Position numbers and translations under genes: made by a program. DNA of 64,000 nt from an uncultured Acidobacteriota bacterium (lineage in GTDB: Bacteria; Acidobacteriota; UBA6911), in NCBI GenBank assembly GCA_963809485.1, contig CAWEJX010000015.1, positions 32,001-96,000 on the forward strand. The letters are read 5' to 3'. Under the pieces are notes generated by a model. It worked only from the letters and a program-made list of their open reading frames with translations. It was not told where the DNA came from and did no database searches. This document shows positions 30,306 through 42,669 of this stretch, in pieces. Each line of letters opens with the position of its first letter. Positions within the stretch are counted from its first letter, which is position 1.

Positions 30306-30479
30306 CTAAAAAGGAAACGGGTACATCAGCCAGCCGGCAACGATGGATAAGAGGACGAAAGAACCAAGGAGAAAGAAAAAATATGTGATGCGCGGCTTCC
30401 TGCCATGCCTGGCGATAAAAGTCAGAACCAGAGATGTCAGGACGCTGAATACCAGCATTAACAGGAAGTGGTTTTTCAT
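30306..30479 (-). CDS. Small two-TM membrane protein (57 aa), absent from ORF track
   Basis: MKNHFLLMLVFSVLTSLVLTFIARHGRKPRITYFFFLLGSFVLLSIVAGWLMYPFPF; ATGA overlap with upstream stop. Confidence 0.8.
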   Translation of the reverse strand: MKNHFLLMLVFSVLTSLVLTFIARHGRKPRITYFFFLLGSFVLLSIVAGWLMYPFPF

Positions 30480-30904
30480 CGCTTTCTGCCCAGGGCAATA
30501 TCGAATGCGTCCACCACGACCATCATGTTCAGCAGGCCCGCGACGTAGATGAAAACATTCGCATAGTCATAGGTATAGGCCGTGGGATCCCCGGTTCCCA
30601 AACCGCGCAGCCAGGGAATCCAATAGAGCAGGCCCGAACCGGCCTCTGCGGCGAACTTCAATATGGAGAATAAATTGCCGAATTCCGGATCGAACAGCTT
30701 GCCCTGCAGCTGGAGGCCGAGCACAAACATGATGGAGATGCTGCCGAAAAAGACGACGGCACGGTCCCATTTGCCGAGGAAGGCATGGCCCAGTCCCGGC
30801 ACAAAAGCTCCCGCGACGCAGGCGGCAAAAGTTTTGGCGGGACCGGCATGGGAAAGCAAAGGATCGGCTTCCGGCGGATTATCCGGTGCGGATTGCGTTT
30901 TCAT
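30476..30904 (-). CDS. Membrane protein (DUF6677-like)
   Basis: VPGLGH, VAGLLN, DAFDIA; TTGACT-17-TAAGAT promoter upstream. Confidence 0.8.
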   Translation of the reverse strand: MKTQSAPDNPPEADPLLSHAGPAKTFAACVAGAFVPGLGHAFLGKWDRAVVFFGSISIMFVLGLQLQGKLFDPEFGNLFSILKFAAEAGSGLLYWIPWLRGLGTGDPTAYTYDYANVFIYVAGLLNMMVVVDAFDIALGRKR

Positions 30905-31142
30905 AAGTAGCAAATCTTACGGAAAGGCATCTCTTCAGTCAAGGCGAAACCCTTTGGCCCCAACGAATACGCTTCCAGATACTCAGGCCGCTTTTCTCCT
31001 AGCCTTGCCGCGTGCCATAGCACACTTGAAGACTATTGTTATCGCCCGTTGAAGCCGATAGCAAATACGATGGATTCCGGGATTCCCGGAATGCAGGAAT
31101 TTGCCGCAATCGGCACGGACCGGCATCAGCTAAGGGAACCAT

Positions 31143-32262
31143 ATGAACCTCGACACGCTCCTTCGCATGATGGTCGCCAAAGGCGCCTCGGATATGCATC
31201 TCAAAGTGGGCTGTTTCCCTCACCTCCGCATTAACGGAGAACTGGTCCCGCTGGGAGACCAGGAAAAGCTCGACAAGGAAGATTCGCTCATGATGGCTTT
31301 TTCCCTGATGAACAACAAACAGAAGGAGAAGTTTCGCGACAACAACGAGGTGGACGTGGGATATGGCGTACGGGGATTGGGCCGTTTCCGTATTAACGTA
31401 TTCCAGCAGAGGGGCTACGTCTCTATTGCAATTCGCGCCATCCCCACCAACATATCGGGATTTGAAGATCTATATCTTCCACGGGTCCTGGAGATAATTG
31501 CCAGGGAACCCAGAGGCATGGTGCTGGTGACCGGAACCACGGGCTCCGGAAAATCGACGACCATCGCCTCCATGCTCAATTACATCAACGAACGCACCAT
31601 GCGGCACATTATCACGATCGAGGACCCGATCGAGTTCCTGTACCAGGACAGGCTGAGCATCGTCAGCCAGCGCGAGATCGGCGTCGATGCCTCCAGTTTC
31701 GGTAGCGCGCTGCGCAGCGCCCTGCGCCAGGACCCCGATGTGATCCTGGTCGGCGAAATGCGCGACATGGAGACCATCGAGACCGCCCTGGTTGCCGCGG
31801 AAACGGGGCACCTGGTTTTCAGCACGCTCCACACCCTGGACGCCGTCGAAACCATCAACCGCATCACGGCGGTTTTCCCGGTCCACCAGCAGCGCCAGAT
31901 ACGGCTGCAGCTGTCCATGGTGCTGCGCGCAGTGGTCTCGATGAGACTTATGAAGCAGAACCGATACCCCCGGACGCGTTCCCGCCATCGAAGTAATGCG
32001 CGTGACCGACTACATCCGAAACTGCATCCTGGATCCCGACAAGACGCGACTGCTGCGCGAAGCCATCGCCGCCGGAACATCTCAGTACGGCATGCAGACC
32101 TTCGACCAGTCCATTTACGACCATTATAAAGGCGGGCGAATTACCCTTGAAGACGCCTTCGGATACGCCACCAATCCAGAGGAATTCAAGCTGCGCGTCC
32201 AGGGCATCTATTCGACGAAGGACGCCGCCATAGAAGCTATGGAAAACGAACTCGCAAACTGA
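31143..32262 (+). CDS. pilT: Type IV pilus retraction ATPase PilT; one +1 indel near 31957
   Basis: GTTGSGKST, TIEDPIE, SALRQDPDVILVGEMRD, STLHT; C-terminus GMQTFDQ in the next frame. Confidence 0.9.
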
Positions 32263-32285
32263 TTCGTTCCGCCTTGCAGGTATTA

Positions 32286-32405
32286 GTGAGGACGGGTCTC
32301 CAGATCGCGTACGCAGAGTTAAGCTAAAACTTATTGGTCACCCAATCGGTCTACGACTGTCGCGAGATCCTCGCGAAGTATTGAAGATTGGAGATCCGTG
32401 CTCAC
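32286..32405. repeat. Degenerate REP-like inverted pair
   Basis: GTGAGGACGGGTCTCCA ... TGGAGATCCGTGCTCAC (15/17 complementary). Confidence 0.55.
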
Positions 32406-32475
32406 CAGGAAGCCCATAATTTTATTTTGAAAACCGTCTAGTTCGTGGCATGGTTTTAGTTTGCGGAAATTTGCC

Positions 32476-32968
32476 ATGGACGACGAACTGCGCAGCATCC
32501 TTATGAAAAAGGCTGGTGCGATCCTCGCCCGGCGCGCCTACAGCCGGGGAGAATTGCGCAACAAGCTTGCCAAAATTGCCGGTGAAACGCTCGGTGGAGG
32601 AAGTCCTGGACCGCCTCGAACAGGTGAACCTTCTCAACGACCGGGAATATGCGTATAATTTCGCCCTTCATCGGACCCGGCAGGAGGGATGGGGACCGGC
32701 GAAGGTGCTCGATTCCCTGCTCCGGCGCCATGTGGAACCGGAAATCGCCGAATCGGCTCTAAAACGTGTGCGCGACGAAGTCGATCAGGCGTCCATTCTG
32801 GCCGATTACGCCCGGAAATATTTCGGCAAAAGCGCCCCCGACGCGAAGCAGGTCCGCAAACTGATCGCGCACCTGCACCGGCGCGGTTTTGCGGAGGACA
32901 GCATACTGGACGCGCTGAGACGCGTGGTCCCCGCGGCGCTCATGCAACGCTATGAAACAGGAGAATGA
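32476..32968 (+). CDS. recX: Regulatory protein RecX; +1 indel near 32586
   Basis: [29 protein letters not shown] split across two frames; precedes alaS. Confidence 0.85.
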
Positions 32969-32969
32969 A

Positions 32970-35610
<2,641 letters not shown>

Positions 35611-35614
35611 AGTT

Positions 35615-35779
35615 TTGGAGGAGTTACGCCGGTCTTGAACGCTGAAGCACGCTGAACGGACGCCGACCCACGCCGACAAAAATTTATATATTTTTTCAGC
35701 GTACGTCAGCGCTTCAAAATATGGAGCTGTCAAACTCTTTGAGTCCCCCGGCAGAGCCGGGGGTTTACCAATGTAATTA
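35615..35779 (-). mobile_element. IS200-like element, copy 8 (right end missing)
   Basis: TTGGAGGAGTTACGCCGGTCTTGAACG ... CCCCCGGCAGAGCCGGGGGTTTACCAATGTAATTA. Confidence 0.78.
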
Positions 35780-35836
35780 TTTAGACTTTTTCCTGTCTGC
35801 CGATATCTATTTGGAGTGTTTGCCAGGGACATTATC

Positions 35837-36529
35837 ATGAGGTTGAAGCACTACTGCATTTTCCTGCTGTCGATGGCCGTCATCGGAATATTCGGGCACA
35901 ACCTGTACAGTCAGGCTCTCTATTCCTATCTCGACCAGAACGGCACGCGCGTATTCACCAACATCCCGCCGGTAAACGCCGTTTGGGATCTCACGGTCAC
36001 CGGTTCGCCTGCGCCCGCACCGGCCGTGGACGAATCCAGGCCAAAATCCGAAAAATTTGATCCCATCATTGAAAAATATGCCGGGGAGCACAACCTGGAT
36101 CCGTCCCTGATCCGCTCCATCATAGCCACGGAATCCGGTTTTAATCCCAAAGCCGTGTCCCGCAAGGGCGCCCAGGGTCTCATGCAGCTGATGCCCGCGA
36201 CCGCCGCGCGTCTCGGAGTCACCAACAGCTTCGATCCCGAGCAGAACATACGGGGCGGCGTCCGCCATTTCCGTTCGCTCATGGATACCTTCGACAATGA
36301 CCTGCATTTGAGCCTTGCGGCCTATAACGCAGGGGAAAACCTGGTGATGCGCCTGGGCCGCGTGCCTGCCATCAAGGAAACCCGGAATTATGTCCAATCC
36401 ATAACACGGCGCCTGAATCCGGAGGGAGAAGGCACGCAAGCTGAGGAAAAGCCCAAACATACGCCGACGTTCCGTTATGTCGACGGCGCCGGTATCCTCC
36501 ACCTTACCAACATCCCGCCTTTACGGTAG
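35837..36529 (+). CDS. Lytic transglycosylase (SLT domain)
   Basis: IATESGFNP, GAQGLMQLMP, AAYNAG, ETRNYV. Confidence 0.92.
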   Translation: MRLKHYCIFLLSMAVIGIFGHNLYSQALYSYLDQNGTRVFTNIPPVNAVWDLTVTGSPAPAPAVDESRPKSEKFDPIIEKYAGEHNLDPSLIRSIIATESGFNPKAVSRKGAQGLMQLMPATAARLGVTNSFDPEQNIRGGVRHFRSLMDTFDNDLHLSLAAYNAGENLVMRLGRVPAIKETRNYVQSITRRLNPEGEGTQAEEKPKHTPTFRYVDGAGILHLTNIPPLR

Positions 36530-36612
36530 GCCGCCTTTGAGTCTTGGCATATTCAAGGCCGTCAGACATCCCGCAAGTGCCTTATTTATCAATATGTTCT
36601 AACAAGATGACC

Positions 36613-36641
36613 TTGACACGGTTACGGCCTGAGTCTAAGAT
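36613..36641 (+). promoter_or_regulatory. Sigma70-type promoter, probably leaderless
   Basis: TTGACA-17-TAAGAT, 7 nt before in-frame ATG 36649. Confidence 0.65.
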
Positions 36642-36648
36642 GGGGATC

Positions 36649-38715
36649 ATGGCTCTCGCACGGAAGGCAAATGGGATGGCGCGTTACCTCCCGTGCCTGC
36701 TCGTTTTCACCCTATTTTCAGCTTTCTATGCGCCGGCAAAAACCTGGGAAACGCAGGCCGCCGCGCAGGCATTTCAGGAAGCTCAGCAAAAACGCAGCGA
36801 GCTCGCCCAGAATCCCGATTCGACCATCAGCCAATACCGCCAGTGCGCACTCGCCTACCGGAAGGTTTATCTCCACGATCCGCATTACAGCCGTGCTGGC
36901 GACGCAATCTACGAGGAAGCCCTTCTCTACCAGGAAATGGGTGAAAAATCTTCGGATCCGAGATCCTATGCCACCGCCGCAAGACGTTTCGAATTCCTCG
37001 CCAGCGACTACCCGTCGAACCAGAACTGCCCGGACGCCTTATTGCGCGCAGGGAATATCTACCTGAACAATCTGAACAACGAAGAGGCGGCCAGGGAAAC
37101 ATTCCTTCGCCTCAAAACCGTTTATGGCAGGCCCGGCGCCCTGGCGCGGCTGGAGCAAAGCCGCCCGGCTCAAAAGCCGGTTCCGCCGCCGGCAGAAGCT
37201 GCCGTAACGGCGGCATCTTCGGCTGCCGCCACTTCAGTCCAGAATATAAGATATTGGATTACGGACGAATACACGCGTGTCGTTATCGATATGGACATGA
37301 CTACGTCCTACGAGAGGGCTCGCCTCTATTCGCCGTACAGGATCTATTTTGATATTTCCAATGCCCAGCTGGCCGGCGGCGTGAAAAGCCGGACATTTTC
37401 CATCGAGGATGAGCTCGTCAAGCAGGTCCGCGTCTCCCAGAACCGACCTGATCTGGTTCGCGTGGTGCTCGATCTCTCGTCCGAAGGGACCTATTCCGCA
37501 TTCGAGCTTCATGATCCATTCCGGATCGTCGTCGACCTGTATCGCAAAGCCGGCGAAAAAGCCGCAATCAAGCATTCGCCGCTCGAATCCGTTCCCCGCG
37601 CCGACGAATTCGGCCCGAAGCCGATTTCGAAGCAGGCAGCCGTGGCAGTTCAGGCTGCAAACAAACTTCCGGAAAACCAGCCGGGCGCCGCGATGAAGAA
37701 GGAAGCTTCTCCTACTCCCGCCCCAACAGTCACGAACATCAAACCCGAGGCCAAAAAGCCGGAAACACCGGCATCGACTGCCGTGCTCAAGACTCCGCCC
37801 CCTCCTCCCGCCGTTGTCGAGGTTGAGCCTTCTCCGGCCAGGGCCCAGCCGAAGCCGGCCCCGGATAAAGAAATCAAGGCCGCCGGCGAGGTATCCGCAG
37901 GCCCGGACACCAAACCTTCGCCCCCTGTAAAGCCGGACATATCGGCAGCGCCCAAGGGCGCAACGCCCACCAGCCGCGGAGACCGCACGCTGACGCGCGT
38001 CCTCGGCCTGAAAGTAGAGCGCATCGTCATCGATCCGGGGCATGGCGGGCACGACCTGGGCAGCGTCGGCCCCGGCGGACTCATGGAAAAAGACCTGGTT
38101 CTCTCAGTGGCGCTGAATCTCAAACCCATGCTTGAGGAGAACCTGGGAGCCGAAGTGTTTCTGACGCGCACGGATGACAGCTTCGTCCCGCTTGAAGAGC
38201 GGACCGCTATCGCAAACCGCTGCAAAGCGGACCTTTTTATATCGATCCATGCAAATTCGAGCCGTATCCGTTCAACCAGCGGAGTTGAAACGTATTACCT
38301 CGATTTTGCCAAAACGAACGCCGAGCGCGAAATAGCCGCCCGCGAAAATGCCACCAGCGTCAACAATGTTCATGAGCTCGAAGATCTCATCAAGAAAATC
38401 GCGCAAGCCGATAAGTCTATGGAATCCAGGGAACTGGCCACGATTATTCAGAAAAAGCTTTTTGCGGGAGTGAAAAAAATGTTTTCTTCGGCGCAGGATC
38501 GCGGCGTGCGGCGCGCTCCCTTTATCGTGCTCATAGGCGCAAACATGCCCTCTGTGCTCTCGGAAATCGCCTTTATCAGTAATCCACGGGATGAGCGGCT
38601 TCTGCGCAAGGATGCCAACAAAGAGCGCCTGACCCGTGCCCTGTATTCCGGCATTGAAGATTACATCCGAACGCTGGGAACGAATGTAGTCCAAAATCAG
38701 CCGGGCCCTAATTAG
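36649..38715 (+). CDS. N-acetylmuramoyl-L-alanine amidase (TPR-like, AMIN, Pro-rich linker, Amidase_3)
   Basis: IDPGHGGHD, EKDL, FISIHAN, PSVLSEIAFISN; RVVID and RVVLD AMIN-like motifs. Confidence 0.92.
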   Translation: MALARKANGMARYLPCLLVFTLFSAFYAPAKTWETQAAAQAFQEAQQKRSELAQNPDSTISQYRQCALAYRKVYLHDPHYSRAGDAIYEEALLYQEMGEKSSDPRSYATAARRFEFLASDYPSNQNCPDALLRAGNIYLNNLNNEEAARETFLRLKTVYGRPGALARLEQSRPAQKPVPPPAEAAVTAASSAAATSVQNIRYWITDEYTRVVIDMDMTTSYERARLYSPYRIYFDISNAQLAGGVKSRTFSIEDELVKQVRVSQNRPDLVRVVLDLSSEGTYSAFELHDPFRIVVDLYRKAGEKAAIKHSPLESVPRADEFGPKPISKQAAVAVQAANKLPENQPGAAMKKEASPTPAPTVTNIKPEAKKPETPASTAVLKTPPPPPAVVEVEPSPARAQPKPAPDKEIKAAGEVSAGPDTKPSPPVKPDISAAPKGATPTSRGDRTLTRVLGLKVERIVIDPGHGGHDLGSVGPGGLMEKDLVLSVALNLKPMLEENLGAEVFLTRTDDSFVPLEERTAIANRCKADLFISIHANSSRIRSTSGVETYYLDFAKTNAEREIAARENATSVNNVHELEDLIKKIAQADKSMESRELATIIQKKLFAGVKKMFSSAQDRGVRRAPFIVLIGANMPSVLSEIAFISNPRDERLLRKDANKERLTRALYSGIEDYIRTLGTNVVQNQPGPN

Positions 38716-38811
38716 CTTCTGTCGCGTAACTCGGATTTCGCGAGGAAACCGGCCTTTTTTGAACAGTCGATAGGAAATTTGATATTACACAGAAACCGGA
38801 AATTGAAGCAG

Positions 38812-38988
38812 GCCGCGTAGCGGCCAGCTGAATTTAGCCGGGCCTTTTAAGGCCTGGATCTAAAGAAGTCAGGTTTTCCGTCGCGGAGCGACGGCTGAAT
38901 CTCAGGCGTCGCTACGCGACGCGCTGTTCCCAATACCATGGCTTCGGCCTTAAAAGGCCGGGCTAAAATCTTGGTGCCGCTACGCGGC
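38812..38988. repeat. REPIN-like nested palindrome
   Basis: GCCGCGTAGCGGC...GCCGCTACGCGGC outer arms; TTTAGCCGGGCCTTTTAAGGCC/GGCCTTAAAAGGCCGGGCTAAA; inner CGTCGCGGAGCGACG/CGTCGCTACGCGACG. Confidence 0.8.
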
Positions 38989-39019
38989 GCAAACCAGTTT
39001 CGCGACGGAAACTAAATCG

Positions 39020-40108
39020 ATGCGCGTCCCATATTTTCTGCTGCTTGCCGTATTGTCTTCAGCGGCCTGCGCGGCTGCGCAGGTATCGTTCGTCGCGGAC
39101 AGCTATTTCCCTGCCGATCAGGAGTTCCAGGAACTTCAGAAGACGGCCGGACAGGAAAGTTTTGAGGATCCCGCCCTTCTTGCTAAGGTTGCGGACGGAA
39201 CTCTTTTTAAGGATGTGGGTTTTGAAAAATATTCGCGCCGGGTATATAAAGCCGCGGGATCGGAAATTTCCATCGAGGTCGTCACCCTCATCGACAGCCG
39301 CGCAGCTTTTTCGCTGCTGACGATTTTGCGCAGCAGCAATCTCGAGGAAGGCCCTCCCGGCGACAGATTTGCCTTCGACGCGGACACTCTCCGCTTCGCC
39401 CAAGGCAGAAACTGGATTCGAATCGAGGGCAGGGGCGCCCCCGCGGATCTGCTCCGGCGCATTGCCATTTCCATGAGCAACCGCATAGGGTCCCAAAAGA
39501 GAAAACCTCCTTCCCTTATCTCCCATTTCCCGAACCCCGGCTACGATCCTTCGAGCCTGCGCTATTTTGTAGGACCGGATTCCTTTAAAGCTCATTCCGA
39601 AACCCGGCCCGGCGGCTATGTCGAGTTTGCTTCCGGCATGGAACTGGCCCAGGCGCGCTATTCGCTGCAGAACCAGACCGGCATCCTCTCGCTCTCGATC
39701 TTTCCGACAACTCAGGTCGCAGAAGGCTACTACTCCGAACTGGCCGGCGTCGCTTCCAAAAAGGAATCTGCAGTCCGGACCTATGCCAAAAGGGCCGGGC
39801 CGCTGGTTGCCATTCTTGAGGGTTCATTCGAACCGGCCGTCGCGGACCGCATCCTGGATTCCCTTCAATACAGCTACTCCATTCGATGGATCTATGAGAA
39901 ACCCAAAGGGAAAACAGTCTGGGGAATACCCACGGCAATTCTGGGATCTGTGGTCAATTCCCTTCTCTTCGTGGCGCTGCTTTGCGTGACCTCGATTGTG
40001 CTGGGCGCAGGATACGCTATTTTTCGGGTCATTCTGCGCGGGCATGCGCCGAACAATCCACTGGACCGTCCCGAAAGGACGGAAATCACCCGGTTGAAAA
40101 TGCGATGA
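39020..40108 (+). CDS. Exported membrane-anchored hypothetical protein (DUF6599-like)
   Basis: Signal peptide, C-terminal TM helix; ATGA overlap with next gene. Confidence 0.8.
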   Translation: MRVPYFLLLAVLSSAACAAAQVSFVADSYFPADQEFQELQKTAGQESFEDPALLAKVADGTLFKDVGFEKYSRRVYKAAGSEISIEVVTLIDSRAAFSLLTILRSSNLEEGPPGDRFAFDADTLRFAQGRNWIRIEGRGAPADLLRRIAISMSNRIGSQKRKPPSLISHFPNPGYDPSSLRYFVGPDSFKAHSETRPGGYVEFASGMELAQARYSLQNQTGILSLSIFPTTQVAEGYYSELAGVASKKESAVRTYAKRAGPLVAILEGSFEPAVADRILDSLQYSYSIRWIYEKPKGKTVWGIPTAILGSVVNSLLFVALLCVTSIVLGAGYAIFRVILRGHAPNNPLDRPERTEITRLKMR

Positions 40109-40776
40109 AAGTAGATCTGATACGAAGCGTTCCGCTTTTTTCCACGCTTACCGATGAGGAATTCAATCAACTGCGGCACATCTTTGCCGTCAAGGCTTAT
40201 CACAAAAACCAGATCATCTTCCTGGAAGAGGAAACCGGAAACTACATGTACCTGGTCCTCTCGGGCAAGGTGAAGGTAGCCAAGTCCGGTTCGGCCGGCA
40301 AGGAAACCATCCTGGCTATTCACAGGACAGGAGATTTTTTTGGCGAAATGTCGCTGCTGGACGGCAAGACCGCCCCGGCCACAGTTTCCGCCATGGAGGA
40401 CGCCAAGATCATTTCGGTGAGCGGCGCCGATTTTCACAAATACCTGATGCACAACGAAAAGGTCATGCTGCAGATCATCAATGTCCTTTGCTCAAGGCTG
40501 AGGCAGGTCTGGCAGACCCAGAGCCTGAGTTCAAGCACGGCCGATGCCAGAATCCGCATGGGCATTCACCAGCTTGCCACGCGGCACGGGATACGCGACG
40601 CGCACGGGATCATCATCGACCTCAAGATCACGCACCAGGAACTGGCGGAAATGGTGGGCACCTCCCGGGAGACAGTCACGCGTGTTCTGGCGCGTCTTCG
40701 CGAACAGGGAATCATCGAAATCGACCAGCGCCGCATGACGCTGCTGGACGACGAGGCTCTCGTGCGAGACACCTAG
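40105..40776 (+). CDS. Crp/Fnr family transcriptional regulator
   Basis: FFGEMSLLD cNMP-binding region; THQELAEMVGTSRETVTR HTH. Confidence 0.93.
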   Translation: MKVDLIRSVPLFSTLTDEEFNQLRHIFAVKAYHKNQIIFLEEETGNYMYLVLSGKVKVAKSGSAGKETILAIHRTGDFFGEMSLLDGKTAPATVSAMEDAKIISVSGADFHKYLMHNEKVMLQIINVLCSRLRQVWQTQSLSSSTADARIRMGIHQLATRHGIRDAHGIIIDLKITHQELAEMVGTSRETVTRVLARLREQGIIEIDQRRMTLLDDEALVRDT

Positions 40777-40780
40777 TTCA

Positions 40781-40858
40781 AACGCTGACGAACGCTGAAA
40801 AAATATATAAATTCCTATCCGCGTTCGTCAGCGTTACTTTCAGCGTTCGTCAGCGTTA
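40781..40858. repeat. Stand-alone CGCTGAC/GTCAGCG palindromic core between convergent genes
   Basis: AACGCTGACGAACGCTGAAAAAATATATAAAT...CGTTCGTCAGCGTTAC twice. Confidence 0.8.
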
Positions 40859-42617
40859 CCTGCTTCATCACGGCTTGCCGCCATTTGCGTACGGAATTGA
40901 TCAAATAGATATTCCCGCACCGCTTCAAGTCCTCAAGCTTGATCACGCGCTCCCGGATTTTGCCCTGTTCGAGCAGCAGGGCGCGGAATGTCCCGGCCAG
41001 CAGTCCCGAGGATACGGGAGGCGTGTACAGGATCCCATCCATTTCCAGCACGAGATTCGCGATGCAGGATTCCGTCAATTCGCCGCGCTCGTTCCACAGC
41101 AAGACGTCGTCACAATCAGGGCAGGCCTGTTGCGCGGCTTCGTAAACCTCCCGCCGCGTTGTCTTGTGATACAGGAATATATCCGATGAATTCACTGCCG
41201 AGGATGCGATTGCGACAATCACGGGACGGTCTTCACCCCGGGATGCCGGCTCTGCAGCCTGCAGGACGGGAATCCCGTCGGCTCCCAGGAGAAGCCGCAC
41301 CCGCTGCGGCTGGCCGCCGAAAGCGGATGCCAGAGCATCCAGTCTGCTTTGGATCAGACCGGTGTCGGCTCGATACGCGAAATAGCGCGCCGAATCCACC
41401 AGCCTTTTGAGGTGATACTCCAGCAGAAAATACCCTTCTTCCGGCGTCCACAAAAGGGTTTCGAGCAATGAAAACTCCGGATACCGCTCCGTCAGCACGC
41501 GCGCCTTGAGCAGGGCTTCGGCATATTCGTCGCCGGGCTCCGAATCCCAGACGATCCCTCCGCCCGCCCCATACTCCAATTGCCCCGACAGCCGATTCAC
41601 GACAGCCGTCCGTATGGCCACATTGAACTGGGCAGAGCGGCCGGGCGCAATATATCCGATGCTGCCCGTGTAAATCCCGCGCGGATCCGGCTCAAGCTCG
41701 GAAATGATATGCGTAGTCCGCACCTTCGGAGCACCGGTGATCGAGGCGCAGGGGAAAAGCGCCGCCAGTATCTCGCCCACGGGTTTCGTGCAGTCCGCCT
41801 CGACCGTGGACGTCATCTGCCAGAGAGTGGGGCGCCGTTCCACCTCGAACAGTCGCGTAACTTTTACCGTGCCCGTCTCGGCTACACGGCCCAGGTCGTT
41901 GCGAATCATATCCACGATCATCAGATTTTCGGCGCAGTTCTTCTCCGAACCGCGCAGCCATTCGGCCAGAGTCTCATCTTCGTCCAGCGTTCGCCCGCGC
42001 TTGACGGTGCCCTTCATCGGCTTGCCGGTCAAGCGCCGACCTTCCAGGCGGAAGAAAAGCTCCGGAGACGCGCAGCATATCCAGTGGCGTCCGGTCTCGA
42101 TCCACGCGGCATAGCCCGGCGACTGAGCCCTCGCCATGGCCAGGAATAAATGCCACGGGTCTCCGCTGAGACGGCTCCGGAGCCGCAGTGTGTAGTTCAC
42201 CTGATAGGTTTCCCCGAAGAGTATGTACTCCCGGATGCGGCGGATCGCCCGCTCGTAATCCGGCTGCGAGACGGAGGGAACGACCTCCCCCAGGGAATAG
42301 GCTCCGAAGTCCGGCGGCGGAAGCTCCAGTACCTCAGGAGCAGAATACAGGCCGAACCACAGCAGAGGAATATTGTCCGGCGCAGCATGCGTGCGCAGTG
42401 CCGAATCAAAAGCCGGGGCCGCTTCGTAGCTGATAAAGCCCGCAGCGTGCCAACCCTTTTCATGCACCAGTTTTTCGATGCGGCTCAGGGCACTCGCTAT
42501 CTCATCAAGCCGGCGGCACACAATAATCTCGTGCGCATCCCCGAATCCGATCCATTGCCCTGCCGCAGGGTCATGCAGGACGACTTGACAGGGCGCCGTG
42601 GCAGCATCCATAGGCAT
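40815..42617 (-). CDS. pabB: Aminodeoxychorismate synthase component I fused to ADC lyase domain (PabB-PabC)
   Basis: YQVNYT, SPELF, PMKGT, ENLMIVDMIRNDLG, SITGAPK; then LLETL, HKTT, GLLAGTFR, NSVR; start uncertain. Confidence 0.9.
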   Translation of the reverse strand: MPMDAATAPCQVVLHDPAAGQWIGFGDAHEIIVCRRLDEIASALSRIEKLVHEKGWHAAGFISYEAAPAFDSALRTHAAPDNIPLLWFGLYSAPEVLELPPPDFGAYSLGEVVPSVSQPDYERAIRRIREYILFGETYQVNYTLRLRSRLSGDPWHLFLAMARAQSPGYAAWIETGRHWICCASPELFFRLEGRRLTGKPMKGTVKRGRTLDEDETLAEWLRGSEKNCAENLMIVDMIRNDLGRVAETGTVKVTRLFEVERRPTLWQMTSTVEADCTKPVGEILAALFPCASITGAPKVRTTHIISELEPDPRGIYTGSIGYIAPGRSAQFNVAIRTAVVNRLSGQLEYGAGGGIVWDSEPGDEYAEALLKARVLTERYPEFSLLETLLWTPEEGYFLLEYHLKRLVDSARYFAYRADTGLIQSRLDALASAFGGQPQRVRLLLGADGIPVLQAAEPASRGEDRPVIVAIASSAVNSSDIFLYHKTTRREVYEAAQQACPDCDDVLLWNERGELTESCIANLVLEMDGILYTPPVSSGLLAGTFRALLLEQGKIRERVIKLEDLKRCGNIYLINSVRKWRQAVMKQVTLTNAESNADERG

Positions 42618-42669
42618 AATCCGTCTCGAGGCAGGACAGGCGGTTTGGCCGAAGGCGTTTTGTCCGGCG

